A stretch of DNA of 64,000 nt, from IMG/VR virus record IMGVR_UViG_3300032007_000014; one strand, given 5' to 3'. Below, piece by piece: positions 36,990-47,257 of this stretch. Within the stretch, counting starts at the first letter, position 1; every line of letters begins with the position of its first letter. The notes under the pieces were generated by a model. The model was given only the letters and a program-made list of their open reading frames with translations, was not told the DNA's origin and did no database searches. A program made the position numbers and the translations under genes. The DNA comes from a virus. Taxonomy: Duplodnaviria > Caudoviricetes.

Positions 36990-37918
36990 GCCTCCCTACA
37001 GCATCCAACTTCATTACATTCTTCACTCTTCTTCATCTTTCTCTTTTCGATGAGACGAAGATGAATGAGAAGGTAGCGAAACTCTGGTGTATCTTCCGGA
37101 ACTTGTTTGTAGGATCTTGCATAATAATCTCTCCAATCATTCTTGGATTTGAGATCATCGAGATCCATTGCAACGATAGCATCCGGGCTGAACGTACTGT
37201 ATTTCACAGCCCTGTTCACCAGGTACTTGTATTCCGGAGAATTACAACGTTCCGTGTGAGTCAAGTGGGAAGTCCATTTGACAATATTGCTCACATCGAA
37301 TGTGTTCATTGTTGGATTGACATAAACACTCAGAAGCATGATGTTGCAAAGTGTATCGATGTTGTTGATGATCGTTTGTTCATCAGCATCCCAGAACTTG
37401 ATAGATTCCAGGAATGTGTACTGAAGTTCGTAGATTTTCCAAACTTCAGACATGGGGATCGAAACACTTACACGAGGTCTGTGTCTCCAACATGCTTCAG
37501 CCTCTTCATGAGAAGAGATGAGAGAACTTGCAAGTCCTGAAATCATCTCTGCCAACATCTTGGATGTTGCAAACTGAATGGAGTTCTTTGGAATTCCTTG
37601 CAGTGCTGCAGCAAAAGAAGGAGTTGACTTACAGAATCCATCCCCGTAGTTACGGTTCTGGATTCTGATAAGACAACTTTTCCAAGCATCAAGAAGATAT
37701 TTCTTGACATATGGTTCGTACAGTTTCTTGATCCTGGGAAAATCATCACATGCTTTGCAGCATTCTGCTGCTGACCTGTATTCCGCAGGACCCATGAAAC
37801 TGTCTTGATAAGTGTTGACAGAGTACACGCTTAATGCACCATCATCGACGATGAATTTGCATTTACGCATGACTTCAATCAAAGCAAGATCTCTGATAAT
37901 ACATTCTGGATCGAACAT
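36986..37918 (-). CDS. hypothetical virion protein
   Basis: 310 aa in the head-protein operon, AAGGAGG RBS. Confidence 0.7.
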   Translation of the reverse strand: MFDPECIIRDLALIEVMRKCKFIVDDGALSVYSVNTYQDSFMGPAEYRSAAECCKACDDFPRIKKLYEPYVKKYLLDAWKSCLIRIQNRNYGDGFCKSTPSFAAALQGIPKNSIQFATSKMLAEMISGLASSLISSHEEAEACWRHRPRVSVSIPMSEVWKIYELQYTFLESIKFWDADEQTIINNIDTLCNIMLLSVYVNPTMNTFDVSNIVKWTSHLTHTERCNSPEYKYLVNRAVKYSTFSPDAIVAMDLDDLKSKNDWRDYYARSYKQVPEDTPEFRYLLIHLRLIEKRKMKKSEECNEVGCCREA

Positions 37919-37938
37919 AACAGAGATCCTCCTTGATA

Positions 37939-38910
37939 TCAGGAATTGTAGTACTTGTCGAGCTTCTGATCAATACGCGCGATGATCGCGGTGTAGTTTT
38001 CGATGATCTTGAGCTGTTTCTTGTATTCCGGAGATTCCGGATCAACTCCATCCAGCTCAAGTTTCAGAAGCTGAACGCGTGCTTGCATGAGATCACGTTC
38101 TGATCTCAGACGACGCATTTTCTCATCCTTGATCGTGACGAACCAGTCGCCAATTTTCTTGAAGATTCCGATTCCTCGGGCACCTGCCTCGATGTCAGCA
38201 TCTGTGACACCGCCAGCAACCTTGGCGAATTTGGCGTTCGACTGATTGTTGCCATTCACCAGAAGCACATCACTTCCACCGTTCTTGTAGTTGAGAACGT
38301 TGTTGATGAAGTTGCTTCCACTGCGTCCGTTGATGATGCGATTGATCATAGCAGGAACAACCTTCACTGCTTCTTCCAGATATTTCATCTGGTAGGGCAG
38401 AAGTCTCGGAAGACCTGCGACCACTTCGGACATGAACAGAGTGATGTACCAGTCGATGAACTTGCCAAACATCTCTGCATCAACGATCATTCCAATCACA
38501 GCAGCGTGGCTGACTTTGGAGTTGAAGAGATTGATGCTCTTGTTCTGGAAGATCTCGTCAACGTTCTTGGCGATCTCATCCAGGATCACAGCGAAGCTTG
38601 CGAGTGTATCCGCAAATGCACCGAGGAATCTTTCATCCATGGCTTTCTTTGCAGCATACTGCATTTCCTTGTAGATCGCATTGTAGAACGCGACGGACTT
38701 GCGCTGATCACCAGGTTTGGCTTTCAGATATTCCTTCATCTTCTTCTCGGAAGGACCGAGTTCAGTGAAGAATTTCAGATTGTTCTTGACAGCTCCGGAG
38801 ACCACATCGATGTAGTCGAGGAACTGATCCTTGGTCATGCTCCCGATGGAGCCACCGCCTTTCAGCTGTTCACTGATCGCGGCATCGAGTTTATCAATAG
38901 GGTTTGCCAT
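37939..38910 (-). CDS. putative head structural protein
   Basis: 323 aa with C-terminal coiled coil; strong codon bias; resembles phiKZ gp90-like proteins (tentative). Confidence 0.65.
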   Translation of the reverse strand: MANPIDKLDAAISEQLKGGGSIGSMTKDQFLDYIDVVSGAVKNNLKFFTELGPSEKKMKEYLKAKPGDQRKSVAFYNAIYKEMQYAAKKAMDERFLGAFADTLASFAVILDEIAKNVDEIFQNKSINLFNSKVSHAAVIGMIVDAEMFGKFIDWYITLFMSEVVAGLPRLLPYQMKYLEEAVKVVPAMINRIINGRSGSNFINNVLNYKNGGSDVLLVNGNNQSNAKFAKVAGGVTDADIEAGARGIGIFKKIGDWFVTIKDEKMRRLRSERDLMQARVQLLKLELDGVDPESPEYKKQLKIIENYTAIIARIDQKLDKYYNS

Positions 38911-38935
38911 GATTCGATTCCTTGTTCAGTGTTGC

Positions 38936-40030
38936 TTAGAAGCGGGGTGCGTTGCCATTGTTCAGGAGCTGGAGCAGGGTCTTCATGTCGATACCATCCG
39001 ACTTCTTGCCGGCTTTTTCGATCATGTCGACCGTGTATTCTCCGCGGGATTCGATGCCGTTGAAGTACATGTCGATCGTGTTGTACATGTTGTCGTACAC
39101 ACTGATGATCATGCTCATCGTATCGTTGAACAGATTCTGACGTTGGTCATAGCGTTTGATGTCGAAACCGACATCTTTGCTGACGCGGTCGAGGGTCTGT
39201 TTGCTGATAATGATCAGACTGTTCGCAGCGTTGCGTGTCTGGTTGGCGCCGGGTGAATAGTTCTTCGCGGCTTTCGCTGTGTTGGCGACTTTGCGGAGTT
39301 CCATCTCACGGAGGATGCCGTCTTTGTCAGCTTGCAGTGCTTTCTTGCGTTTTGCGACGCGGTCGCATTCGAAGATGAAATCCTTCCAGAAAGAAATCTC
39401 GCCGGCTTTATAAGCCCACCAGCGACGGGACACAGGAGGCGTGAAGTTCAGGTTGATGAAACCTTCGAGAACCGGACCAGGTGTCAGATAAGGAAGCAAC
39501 TGCACATAGAAGTACAGGTGAATCTTGTCATCGTTGGACTTGCTTCCGGGAACCGTGACTTCGAGAATACGACCGCAGTACAGGTTGGCAGAAGCAGACT
39601 CCATGTCTTTCCATTCGGCTTTCCTGTCATCTTTCTTCTGACCATTGTCTTCCATGGAGACTTCGTTGATCGTGACTTTGTCTTCGCCGAATTCAGCTTT
39701 GGCGAGATCAACGATCGAGTGGAATTCTTCCGTGGAAACGACGCTCATGAGATCGCGGACAGTCTTTCCAGACTCAACGAGACCATTCATGCCGATGGCA
39801 TTGAAGACATATGCACAGTAGATCTGGTTCAGCATCTTCATCAGAGGATGAATCGCAGATTCCTGAGCAAGGGTGTCTTCGATGTAGACACGACTCATGA
39901 TGTTCGTCTTCTTCGTGAACTCAGTCAAAGAGTTCACTCCGCGGTCCTTGCAGCTGTTGAGAAAGGCCATGAGTTCAGCGATCGTCGCTGTTCCGCCTTT
40001 CGCCATTGCAATTGCAGTAGCAGGATCCAT
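38936..40030 (-). CDS. putative inner-body/head structural protein
   Basis: SLTEFTK..., STEE and SMED putative cleavage sites, GEISFWKDFIF; resembles phiKZ gp89-like proteins (tentative). Confidence 0.65.
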   Translation of the reverse strand: MDPATAIAMAKGGTATIAELMAFLNSCKDRGVNSLTEFTKKTNIMSRVYIEDTLAQESAIHPLMKMLNQIYCAYVFNAIGMNGLVESGKTVRDLMSVVSTEEFHSIVDLAKAEFGEDKVTINEVSMEDNGQKKDDRKAEWKDMESASANLYCGRILEVTVPGSKSNDDKIHLYFYVQLLPYLTPGPVLEGFINLNFTPPVSRRWWAYKAGEISFWKDFIFECDRVAKRKKALQADKDGILREMELRKVANTAKAAKNYSPGANQTRNAANSLIIISKQTLDRVSKDVGFDIKRYDQRQNLFNDTMSMIISVYDNMYNTIDMYFNGIESRGEYTVDMIEKAGKKSDGIDMKTLLQLLNNGNAPRF

Positions 40031-40247
40031 TTTCTTCTCCTTGAATTTTATATTGATGTGGGTGAAAATTTGTGCTATAACAAGTTAATTTTTGGTGGAT
40101 TTAGCCCCGATTTAGGACGGTCGTCCATAGTATAGTTGGTGGTCCTCCCAGCTAAAACCCATTAGTGACATACGTTTTCGAGGGCCATTTAAAAGCCAAT
40201 TACCTCGATTTCGAATGTCATAAATACGTGTTATACAAGGAGTAATT

Positions 40248-41786
40248 ATGGCTAGTCAAATGTCATATACAGTCAGAGGACGAACGTTTATCGTGACTGT
40301 GAAAGATCCTGACAATGCAAAGATACAACAACTTGCAAATGACTTAAAAGCAAAGAATCCCGGATGGTCAAAATCTCTGTGTCTCTCCACCGCTAGAGCG
40401 AAAGAGCGTCAGGAACGTGGACGTGAAGCATATGAGAAAGCACTCAAAGCTGGAACTCTCTACGAGGTTCAACAGAATCCTCAACGTCAAGCACCGAATG
40501 GTGGAATGACAAAAGGTGAACCTGGTATCTCACAGAGATCAGATGATCGAATCTCTAAGCAAAAAGATGCGAACAAGAATCTGTATGATGCATTGAATGC
40601 AGAGATTGCCCATCTCAACGAAGAGCGTTCAAAGAAGGGACGAATTGATGTTGCCATTGCGAAACCGAAAGATGGTGACACTTTGCTTGAGTACTTGACG
40701 AATGTTGCTTTCCAAGCTGGAGGCAAAGGCGACTTCAATACTCAATTTGCAAACTTCTTCTCCAGACAGGATCGTTTTGGAAACAGCATGCTTCCGAGAA
40801 ATTCGGAATTTGCAGGATATACATTCATCACGAGACCTCGCCTCAATTTGACATCCGCGAATCTCATTGCTGACAGAAACTTTGCAGCACTCGATACTCT
40901 CAGTCCGAACACTGTTCCATTCATGATCAGATGTCTTCTGGACACGCAGTTCTGCAAAGATCAGTACGACATTGCAGCAAGATGTCAATTGCTTGATTAT
41001 TTTTCACCGTTCAACACCCTCTTATGCAATGCAATGCAATCTTGCACAGGATTTAACGATCCCATTCTTCAGACAGAAACTACAGAAGGTGGTTTCTTCT
41101 CGGAAGACCAGACCTTTGCAATTGGATATGATCGTATGGCGAAAACCTATGATATCAACATCCAGTTCAGAGATGTGCAAGGTGGACCCGTGCTTGCATT
41201 GATGGATTATTGGACGAGATATATTGCCAATTTGACAGATGGTACTTTCATTCAGTATCCAGATGCAATCGATTGCAATCGACTTGATTACACGGTCTCC
41301 ATTTACAGATTTGTTCTTGACAGATCGAAGAGATTCGTAACCAAGTGGGCAAAGTGTACAGGTTGTTTCCCAAGAACAGCACCTATCGGTGTTCCGTTCA
41401 ACAAGAATCAAGGAGAACACTTTGTCACAGCATCTGGTGAGTTTGCAATTCCTTTCGTATGTAACCACATTGGTTACAATGACCCAATCATCTTGAAGGA
41501 ATTCAACATGTTGGTTGAAAGGTATGCTGCTCCTGTCATGACTGGCAAGATCTTCAATGCAAAAGCAGAAAACAACTTCAATGGAGTTCCCTATATCCTT
41601 GCAAATTCACCATCTGGTGTAGAACTTGCTTGGGCACAATTGAATCTGTCAGATCAGAGAATCGCAGATGTGTCCGAGTTCTACAAGTATGGTAAACTGG
41701 GTGGACTTCCGTCTGCATCTGGCAATACAAGGTACTATGGAACAACAAGTTCACCTGCCCTTCAAAGAACAAGTTCTCAAGATTAA
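40248..41786 (+). CDS. baseplate/tail-tube-initiator-like structural protein
   Basis: YTFITRPRLNL; tube-fold-like INIQFRD..G.PV..LMDYW; IYRFVLD; GCFP. Confidence 0.6.
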   Translation: MASQMSYTVRGRTFIVTVKDPDNAKIQQLANDLKAKNPGWSKSLCLSTARAKERQERGREAYEKALKAGTLYEVQQNPQRQAPNGGMTKGEPGISQRSDDRISKQKDANKNLYDALNAEIAHLNEERSKKGRIDVAIAKPKDGDTLLEYLTNVAFQAGGKGDFNTQFANFFSRQDRFGNSMLPRNSEFAGYTFITRPRLNLTSANLIADRNFAALDTLSPNTVPFMIRCLLDTQFCKDQYDIAARCQLLDYFSPFNTLLCNAMQSCTGFNDPILQTETTEGGFFSEDQTFAIGYDRMAKTYDINIQFRDVQGGPVLALMDYWTRYIANLTDGTFIQYPDAIDCNRLDYTVSIYRFVLDRSKRFVTKWAKCTGCFPRTAPIGVPFNKNQGEHFVTASGEFAIPFVCNHIGYNDPIILKEFNMLVERYAAPVMTGKIFNAKAENNFNGVPYILANSPSGVELAWAQLNLSDQRIADVSEFYKYGKLGGLPSASGNTRYYGTTSSPALQRTSSQD

Positions 41787-41800
41787 GGAGTTGACCACAC

Positions 41801-44800
41801 ATGAGCACACGCTCTCCAAACTGGTCACTTGAGTTTGCGAACAATCCTCTCAACATTCAACAGAGAATGCTGGAGAGATTCGAAGAATACGCTGATGGTG
41901 ATTTCATTGCAGACCCGAACAATGTCGTGAGTTTCGTGATGGAAATGTTCTCGGAACTCACGGCAGATGCCACCAGCGAGATGGATAAGACCATGCAAAC
42001 CATCTATCCATCCAGAGCGCAGAACACAAGTGATCTTTACAAACACATGTCGGATTACGACTATGTGAATTTGTTCAGCTCTCCCGCATCAGCTATCTTG
42101 CAGATCAGTCTTGACAAGACCTATCTGATGCGGAATGCGATCAGCTTCGGTAACTACAAGAAAGTGGTTATCCCGAAGTCAACCAAAATCACGATCGGAT
42201 CTCACACCTTTGGATTGTACTATCCTGTTGAAATCAGGATCAATCCTGTCAGTGAGACATTCTCCATCGTGTACGACACCACAACTTCAAATCCTCTCTA
42301 TCCAATTCAGAACAATGTATTGGAGCACAGTTTCAGACAATATGAGAACTTGAAGCTTCTCTACATTCAGCTTCCTGTATGGCAATTCGAAACGAAAGTT
42401 CACACTGAAGAACTGATCTCTGGAACGGGTTTCAATAAGACTCTGTCTTACACAAACAAGTTCTATGCGATTCGTTGTTTCGCAGAGACTTATGAGAAAG
42501 ATGATGGAGCTGAAGAACCAACTTGGGATATTCGTGAACTGTCACTTGCTCTGAACAATCAGACGTATGACCACACGAAACCAACTGCTGTATTCACAGT
42601 TCTTCCAGAATCTCAGACATGTAAGGTGAACATTCCTTACGTGTACTTCACTGAGAATCTGATCAGAGGTGCTCTGAAGATTGAGATCTACACGACAGAA
42701 GGTGAACTCAACTTCACCATCCCAACAAATACGACGGAGTATTGTGCACTTGGATTCTTCACGGATGATATCTCTGATGAAGAAGCTATCTATGCAGAAC
42801 CACTCCGTACCATTCCTGCAATTGCTGCTGTTCCGATGAACACAGTGATCAAAGGTGGATCAAACGGAATGTCGTATTCCAAACTTCGCGATTGTGTCAT
42901 CCACGATACATTCAGTGATAAACCTCTTCAAACTCCTGATGATATCGATGCCTACTGGAACAAGAAGGATTATGTCACAACTTTGTATCGTGACGGAATC
43001 ACGGACCGTATCTTCCTGACTCATGCAAAATTGACAGATGCATCCGGTGCGATCATTGGTGCCGCGACCATCGGAACACAGTTCAATGTTGGGAAGCTGG
43101 AAAATTACAGTACCATACAGAAGAACAGTTCTGTTGCAGACACTTACACGATCCTTCCGAAAACCATCTATCGTTTCGATGAGGAGTCTGGGACTTGTAT
43201 TCCTCTGACGACAGCAGAAATGTCAGACTTAGAGAAGATGACACCTTCTGAGAAGGTGAATGCTTATAACTCCAACAACTACACGATCTCTCCATATCAC
43301 CTGCAGATCTGTGTGAAGGGAAAATATCCAACAACAATTACGTACGATCTGCGTGATCCGAAGATCTTGTCAAGGGAATTCATTGGTGAAAACCAATCCA
43401 CTGCAACGCAGTTGACAGTGTACGGATCGAAGTTCTCTCACGACCTGGAGGCCAAACATTATGAACTTGACATTGCTGTCGGAAGAACAGACGATCTCAA
43501 GGATATCGAAGCAGTTGTTGAAGCCACGGATGATGACAACAAAACATATGTTGCATCTGAGAACTTCATCGTTGTGATCGAAGCTGACACCATCTACGAC
43601 AAACAGACATTTGCGAAAGCAAAGTATCTCGGTCGTTCGGGTGATCTCGATCTCTTCACGCTTCAGATCGATACTCTGTATGAACTGTATCAAGTCTCGA
43701 ACAAACACGGTCTTGGAATTGTCAAGACCTTCAAAGATGTTGATGGAACATTGACTCATGTGTTTGCACTTGACACGAGTTTCAGGATCCTGCTCTGTTG
43801 CAAGAAGAGCATCATCAGTGAATCGGAGTATCAGATCACCAAAGTTGACACGGAACTTCCAGTCGAATATTCCGACTACACTGTTCTCTCGGAACACAAG
43901 TTGACTGTTCGTTTTGGAGAAGTGATCAATGAGTTGGATCAGCGCATGTCCTTGTCTTACGACAAGTCGATCTATGACACATATCAGACAACCAAGTTCA
44001 ATGTTCTTGAATACCCGATCTACGAACGAGATGAGAAGGGTGCAATTGTTATCGAACGAGATGAAGAAACCGGGCTTCCTGTCCTCGATTCGAATGGTCA
44101 TTTGCAGCTTAAAGAATTGTATGCTGCAGGTACTATCACGATGATAACAGAAGAAGTTCCTGTAGAAGTGACGTTGAATGAAGACAACATCACATCTTAT
44201 TATAACAGGACTTTTGTGTATGAGGATGCCACAGGATCACGTGTTGCTAAAATCTCTCAAGAGAATGCAGATTCTTTGAAAGGAAAGCATGGGTTCGTTA
44301 AAGCACAGAGAACTCCTAGATTCAATATCACGAGTGCATTTTCGGACACCTCTGATGATGCTGGTGTAATTGGATCGTATGAATGTCTCAACCCAACTGA
44401 ACTTGGTGCTCTTTCAGGATCTCATGATGTCTGGAAGATGAACAAGACAACAGATGCGAACGTGACAGACTTGTATGATGAGTATCAAGTCAAAGCAGTT
44501 GATGCTGCATTACTTGCACTCAAACTTGCAACTGTTATCACGAACCATGCCGATCTTCCAACAACAGGATTACCAGGTACGTTCATCTTCGTCACGAATG
44601 ATGGAACGGATGCCACTGTTCCTGTGTACGGATTCTTGAAATCCAGCGGAGTTGATGATAGCAGTTGTCGTGCGAGATTGTACACGTGGACTTCTACTGG
44701 TTGGACTGCGTTGCTCGGTGGTGAAAACATCACAACGATGCGCAACACCATCAAAGTACTCAATCGCGGTTATACTGCGCAAGACAACGATGGACCCGAG

Positions 44801-45841
44801 ATTCCAACTTTCTGTGGATATGCGTATGTGCTCGAGATGTCGTACAATCATCTTGAGACCAACCACAACAGAATCTCGGAGATCGATAACATCGGTGATG
44901 TTGTCTATGTGTCTTGGTTGACAACAGGCACACTTCCTGGTATCAAGGGAGATGTTACCAAATATGTGTCATTTGCTCAGTGCAAAACTGTTGAAATTGA
45001 AAACGGTAAAGTTTCTGGGTCTGACCTGTACTGGAAGAACAACATCAACCAATGGCCTTGGGATGTGACGAATTGGTTGAGGATCAGAACTGCTGCTCTT
45101 TATAAAGCATCAGATTCCACCAATCCAATTCAAGTCAAACAACTTCTCACTGATGAAGTATTCGGTATTTCATTCGATGCTCAAGGATCGAGTAAATATT
45201 GCCAGTACATTACTGGTCAATTGAAACTTGATTCCAACGGACAACCGATCGAAACCAATACTCGTGACATCGTGTATCTGATCGATATGCTTCAGTTGGA
45301 TGCAAAACTGGCAATCGCCACTACATCCAATTACAACAATTATCCTTCCAGTGTCTGCGATATCATGAGGACTTACTTCGATGACATCGGTGAAGCAAAA
45401 CCGAAGTTGTTCCCGAACTCCAGGATCTTCTTCGAACCTCTCAAGTCGTTCGGATATGGAACTTTCACTGTCAATGGATCAACGGAAGATTATCCTCTGG
45501 ATATTACCATGGGATTCCGTCTCCACGTCAGTAAGGTTGCTGCTGAAGATCTGACCATGCTCGATGTCTTGAAACAGCAAGTCATTGCAATTATCGATGC
45601 AAAACTTTCACAAGGAATTGTGAACTGCGCTGACATTGCAAACGAGATCACATCAACAATAAGTGATTCTGTTTTGCATGTTGACGTGCTCGGTATCAAT
45701 GGAGATCAAAATCTTCAGACAATGACATGCACTGACACCAATGTTCGTCCACATCTCAAACACATTCTCAAGTTGCTTGATGATGGGACAACGATTGACG
45801 TTGAACGTGGTCTCGATCTTGAGATCGTTGTTTCTGATTAA
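41801..45841 (+). CDS. large baseplate wedge-like structural protein
   Basis: YPSRAQ...LYKHMSDYDY, SSPA, KGGSNG...LR pattern resembling T4 gp6/baseplate J; 1346 aa. Confidence 0.65.
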   Translation: MSTRSPNWSLEFANNPLNIQQRMLERFEEYADGDFIADPNNVVSFVMEMFSELTADATSEMDKTMQTIYPSRAQNTSDLYKHMSDYDYVNLFSSPASAILQISLDKTYLMRNAISFGNYKKVVIPKSTKITIGSHTFGLYYPVEIRINPVSETFSIVYDTTTSNPLYPIQNNVLEHSFRQYENLKLLYIQLPVWQFETKVHTEELISGTGFNKTLSYTNKFYAIRCFAETYEKDDGAEEPTWDIRELSLALNNQTYDHTKPTAVFTVLPESQTCKVNIPYVYFTENLIRGALKIEIYTTEGELNFTIPTNTTEYCALGFFTDDISDEEAIYAEPLRTIPAIAAVPMNTVIKGGSNGMSYSKLRDCVIHDTFSDKPLQTPDDIDAYWNKKDYVTTLYRDGITDRIFLTHAKLTDASGAIIGAATIGTQFNVGKLENYSTIQKNSSVADTYTILPKTIYRFDEESGTCIPLTTAEMSDLEKMTPSEKVNAYNSNNYTISPYHLQICVKGKYPTTITYDLRDPKILSREFIGENQSTATQLTVYGSKFSHDLEAKHYELDIAVGRTDDLKDIEAVVEATDDDNKTYVASENFIVVIEADTIYDKQTFAKAKYLGRSGDLDLFTLQIDTLYELYQVSNKHGLGIVKTFKDVDGTLTHVFALDTSFRILLCCKKSIISESEYQITKVDTELPVEYSDYTVLSEHKLTVRFGEVINELDQRMSLSYDKSIYDTYQTTKFNVLEYPIYERDEKGAIVIERDEETGLPVLDSNGHLQLKELYAAGTITMITEEVPVEVTLNEDNITSYYNRTFVYEDATGSRVAKISQENADSLKGKHGFVKAQRTPRFNITSAFSDTSDDAGVIGSYECLNPTELGALSGSHDVWKMNKTTDANVTDLYDEYQVKAVDAALLALKLATVITNHADLPTTGLPGTFIFVTNDGTDATVPVYGFLKSSGVDDSSCRARLYTWTSTGWTALLGGENITTMRNTIKVLNRGYTAQDNDGPEIPTFCGYAYVLEMSYNHLETNHNRISEIDNIGDVVYVSWLTTGTLPGIKGDVTKYVSFAQCKTVEIENGKVSGSDLYWKNNINQWPWDVTNWLRIRTAALYKASDSTNPIQVKQLLTDEVFGISFDAQGSSKYCQYITGQLKLDSNGQPIETNTRDIVYLIDMLQLDAKLAIATTSNYNNYPSSVCDIMRTYFDDIGEAKPKLFPNSRIFFEPLKSFGYGTFTVNGSTEDYPLDITMGFRLHVSKVAAEDLTMLDVLKQQVIAIIDAKLSQGIVNCADIANEITSTISDSVLHVDVLGINGDQNLQTMTCTDTNVRPHLKHILKLLDDGTTIDVERGLDLEIVVSD

Positions 45842-45849
45842 CACCACAC

Positions 45850-45886
45850 AACCTACAAGAGGTGCATTGAGCACCTCTTGTAGGTT
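45850..45886 (+). terminator. intrinsic terminator
   Basis: AACCTACAAGAGGTGC/GCACCTCTTGTAGGTT followed by TTT. Confidence 0.8.
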
Positions 45887-45936
45887 TTTAATAATAATTG
45901 ATATTATTTGTATTGATAACTTAGGAGGATACTAGA

Positions 45937-46335
45937 TTGACAAAAAAGAATTTATCACCGGTTCAGTGCGAACGACAACTTGAACAATGTGATCCGTTGA
46001 GGATGCGATATCAAGAACATCTATCTCGTAGAGAGAAGGCATCAGCTATGCGTCATTATGCACGCAACAATGCAGCAATGCCAAAGGCAACTCTCGTCAA
46101 GATCATTCTTCAGAAGTTCGATGTTTCGAAAGAAGAGCTTGCTCGATTACTCGAACTGCAAGTGAGCGATATCTCATTGATCCTTGAAGGAAAATGGTAT
46201 CCGTATATGAATAATGCATGGATACGCATCATGAATGAACCGGATGATTTTTCACGTACAAAATTGTCAGCAGATGACAGACTCTCACCAGATGAAAAGT
46301 GGGAACTTCTTTTGAAAAGAACAAAGAATTCTTAA
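45937..46335 (+). CDS. XRE-like HTH protein
   Basis: SKEELARLLELQVSDISLILEGK; AGGAGG RBS with TTG start. Confidence 0.65.
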   Translation: MTKKNLSPVQCERQLEQCDPLRMRYQEHLSRREKASAMRHYARNNAAMPKATLVKIILQKFDVSKEELARLLELQVSDISLILEGKWYPYMNNAWIRIMNEPDDFSRTKLSADDRLSPDEKWELLLKRTKNS

Positions 46336-46351
46336 CATAAACGAGGACCAA

Positions 46352-46930
46352 ATGCACGAAGGTTTAGCTATTATAGGATTCACTGGAAAGGCTAAGAGTG
46401 GTAAAGATACCGCTGCTGAAGTCTTCAGAGAATTGGCTGGACACGATAACTGTGAAATTATGTCGTTTGCACAGCCACTGAAAGAGATTGCAATGATCTT
46501 TGGTTTCACCAGAGAACAGTGCTACAATCAAGAACTGAAAGAAGTTGTGGATGAATTTTGGGGAATTACTCCTCGTAAGTTCCTTCAGCTTACTGGAACT
46601 GAAATGTTCAGAAATCATTTTCGTGAGGATTGCTGGACTAAGTTGTTCACACGTCGTATCATCGATCTTCAAAAAAAGATGACTGGACCAAAGTTTGTCC
46701 TCGTTACGGATGTGAGATTTCCGAACGAAGTTGATTGTATCAGACAACTTGGTGGATTCATCTTCAAGATCCAACGTCCAAGTTTGTCCACTTCATCAAA
46801 CATGTACAAACATCCAAGTGAAATCTACATCGATGAACTGCAAGCAGATCTTATCATCACGAATGATTGCAAAAATCTCGATGATTATAAGTTACGCTGC
46901 AAAAACATTTTCATGGAATGGATTGATTGA
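46352..46930 (+). CDS. deoxynucleoside monophosphate kinase (T4 gp1-like)
   Basis: GFTGKAKSGKDT, SFAQPLK, TPRKFLQ..GTE, VTDVRFPNE, HPSE. Confidence 0.92.
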   Translation: MHEGLAIIGFTGKAKSGKDTAAEVFRELAGHDNCEIMSFAQPLKEIAMIFGFTREQCYNQELKEVVDEFWGITPRKFLQLTGTEMFRNHFREDCWTKLFTRRIIDLQKKMTGPKFVLVTDVRFPNEVDCIRQLGGFIFKIQRPSLSTSSNMYKHPSEIYIDELQADLIITNDCKNLDDYKLRCKNIFMEWID

Positions 46931-47072
46931 AATTGTTTACATAACCAAGAACCAGTAAACACTGGTTCTTGGTTCTTATTTCATTTAGTAAAGAAACCAA
47001 ATATCTCGTACAAACCATCGTATAGATATTCCCAATATAACTCTCATTAACAATTAACAAGGAGAAACTCTC

Positions 47073-47255
47073 ATGGGAGCTATCACCAAAAGACAGGTGG
47101 CTGCGCTGACAATCGGTTATGCCATCGTTCGTGGGGTGGTGGAAAAGGTGAAACCTGAATCACCCGCAGAGGAAGCGAACATTGACAATGTTGCTTTCAA
47201 TCAACTCATGTCGACAGTCAAGTGTTGCTGCGACAAAATCAAGGGAGGAAATTGA
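47073..47255 (+). CDS. small hypothetical protein
   Basis: 60 aa, AAGGAG RBS. Confidence 0.7.
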   Translation: MGAITKRQVAALTIGYAIVRGVVEKVKPESPAEEANIDNVAFNQLMSTVKCCCDKIKGGN

Positions 47256-47257
47256 TC

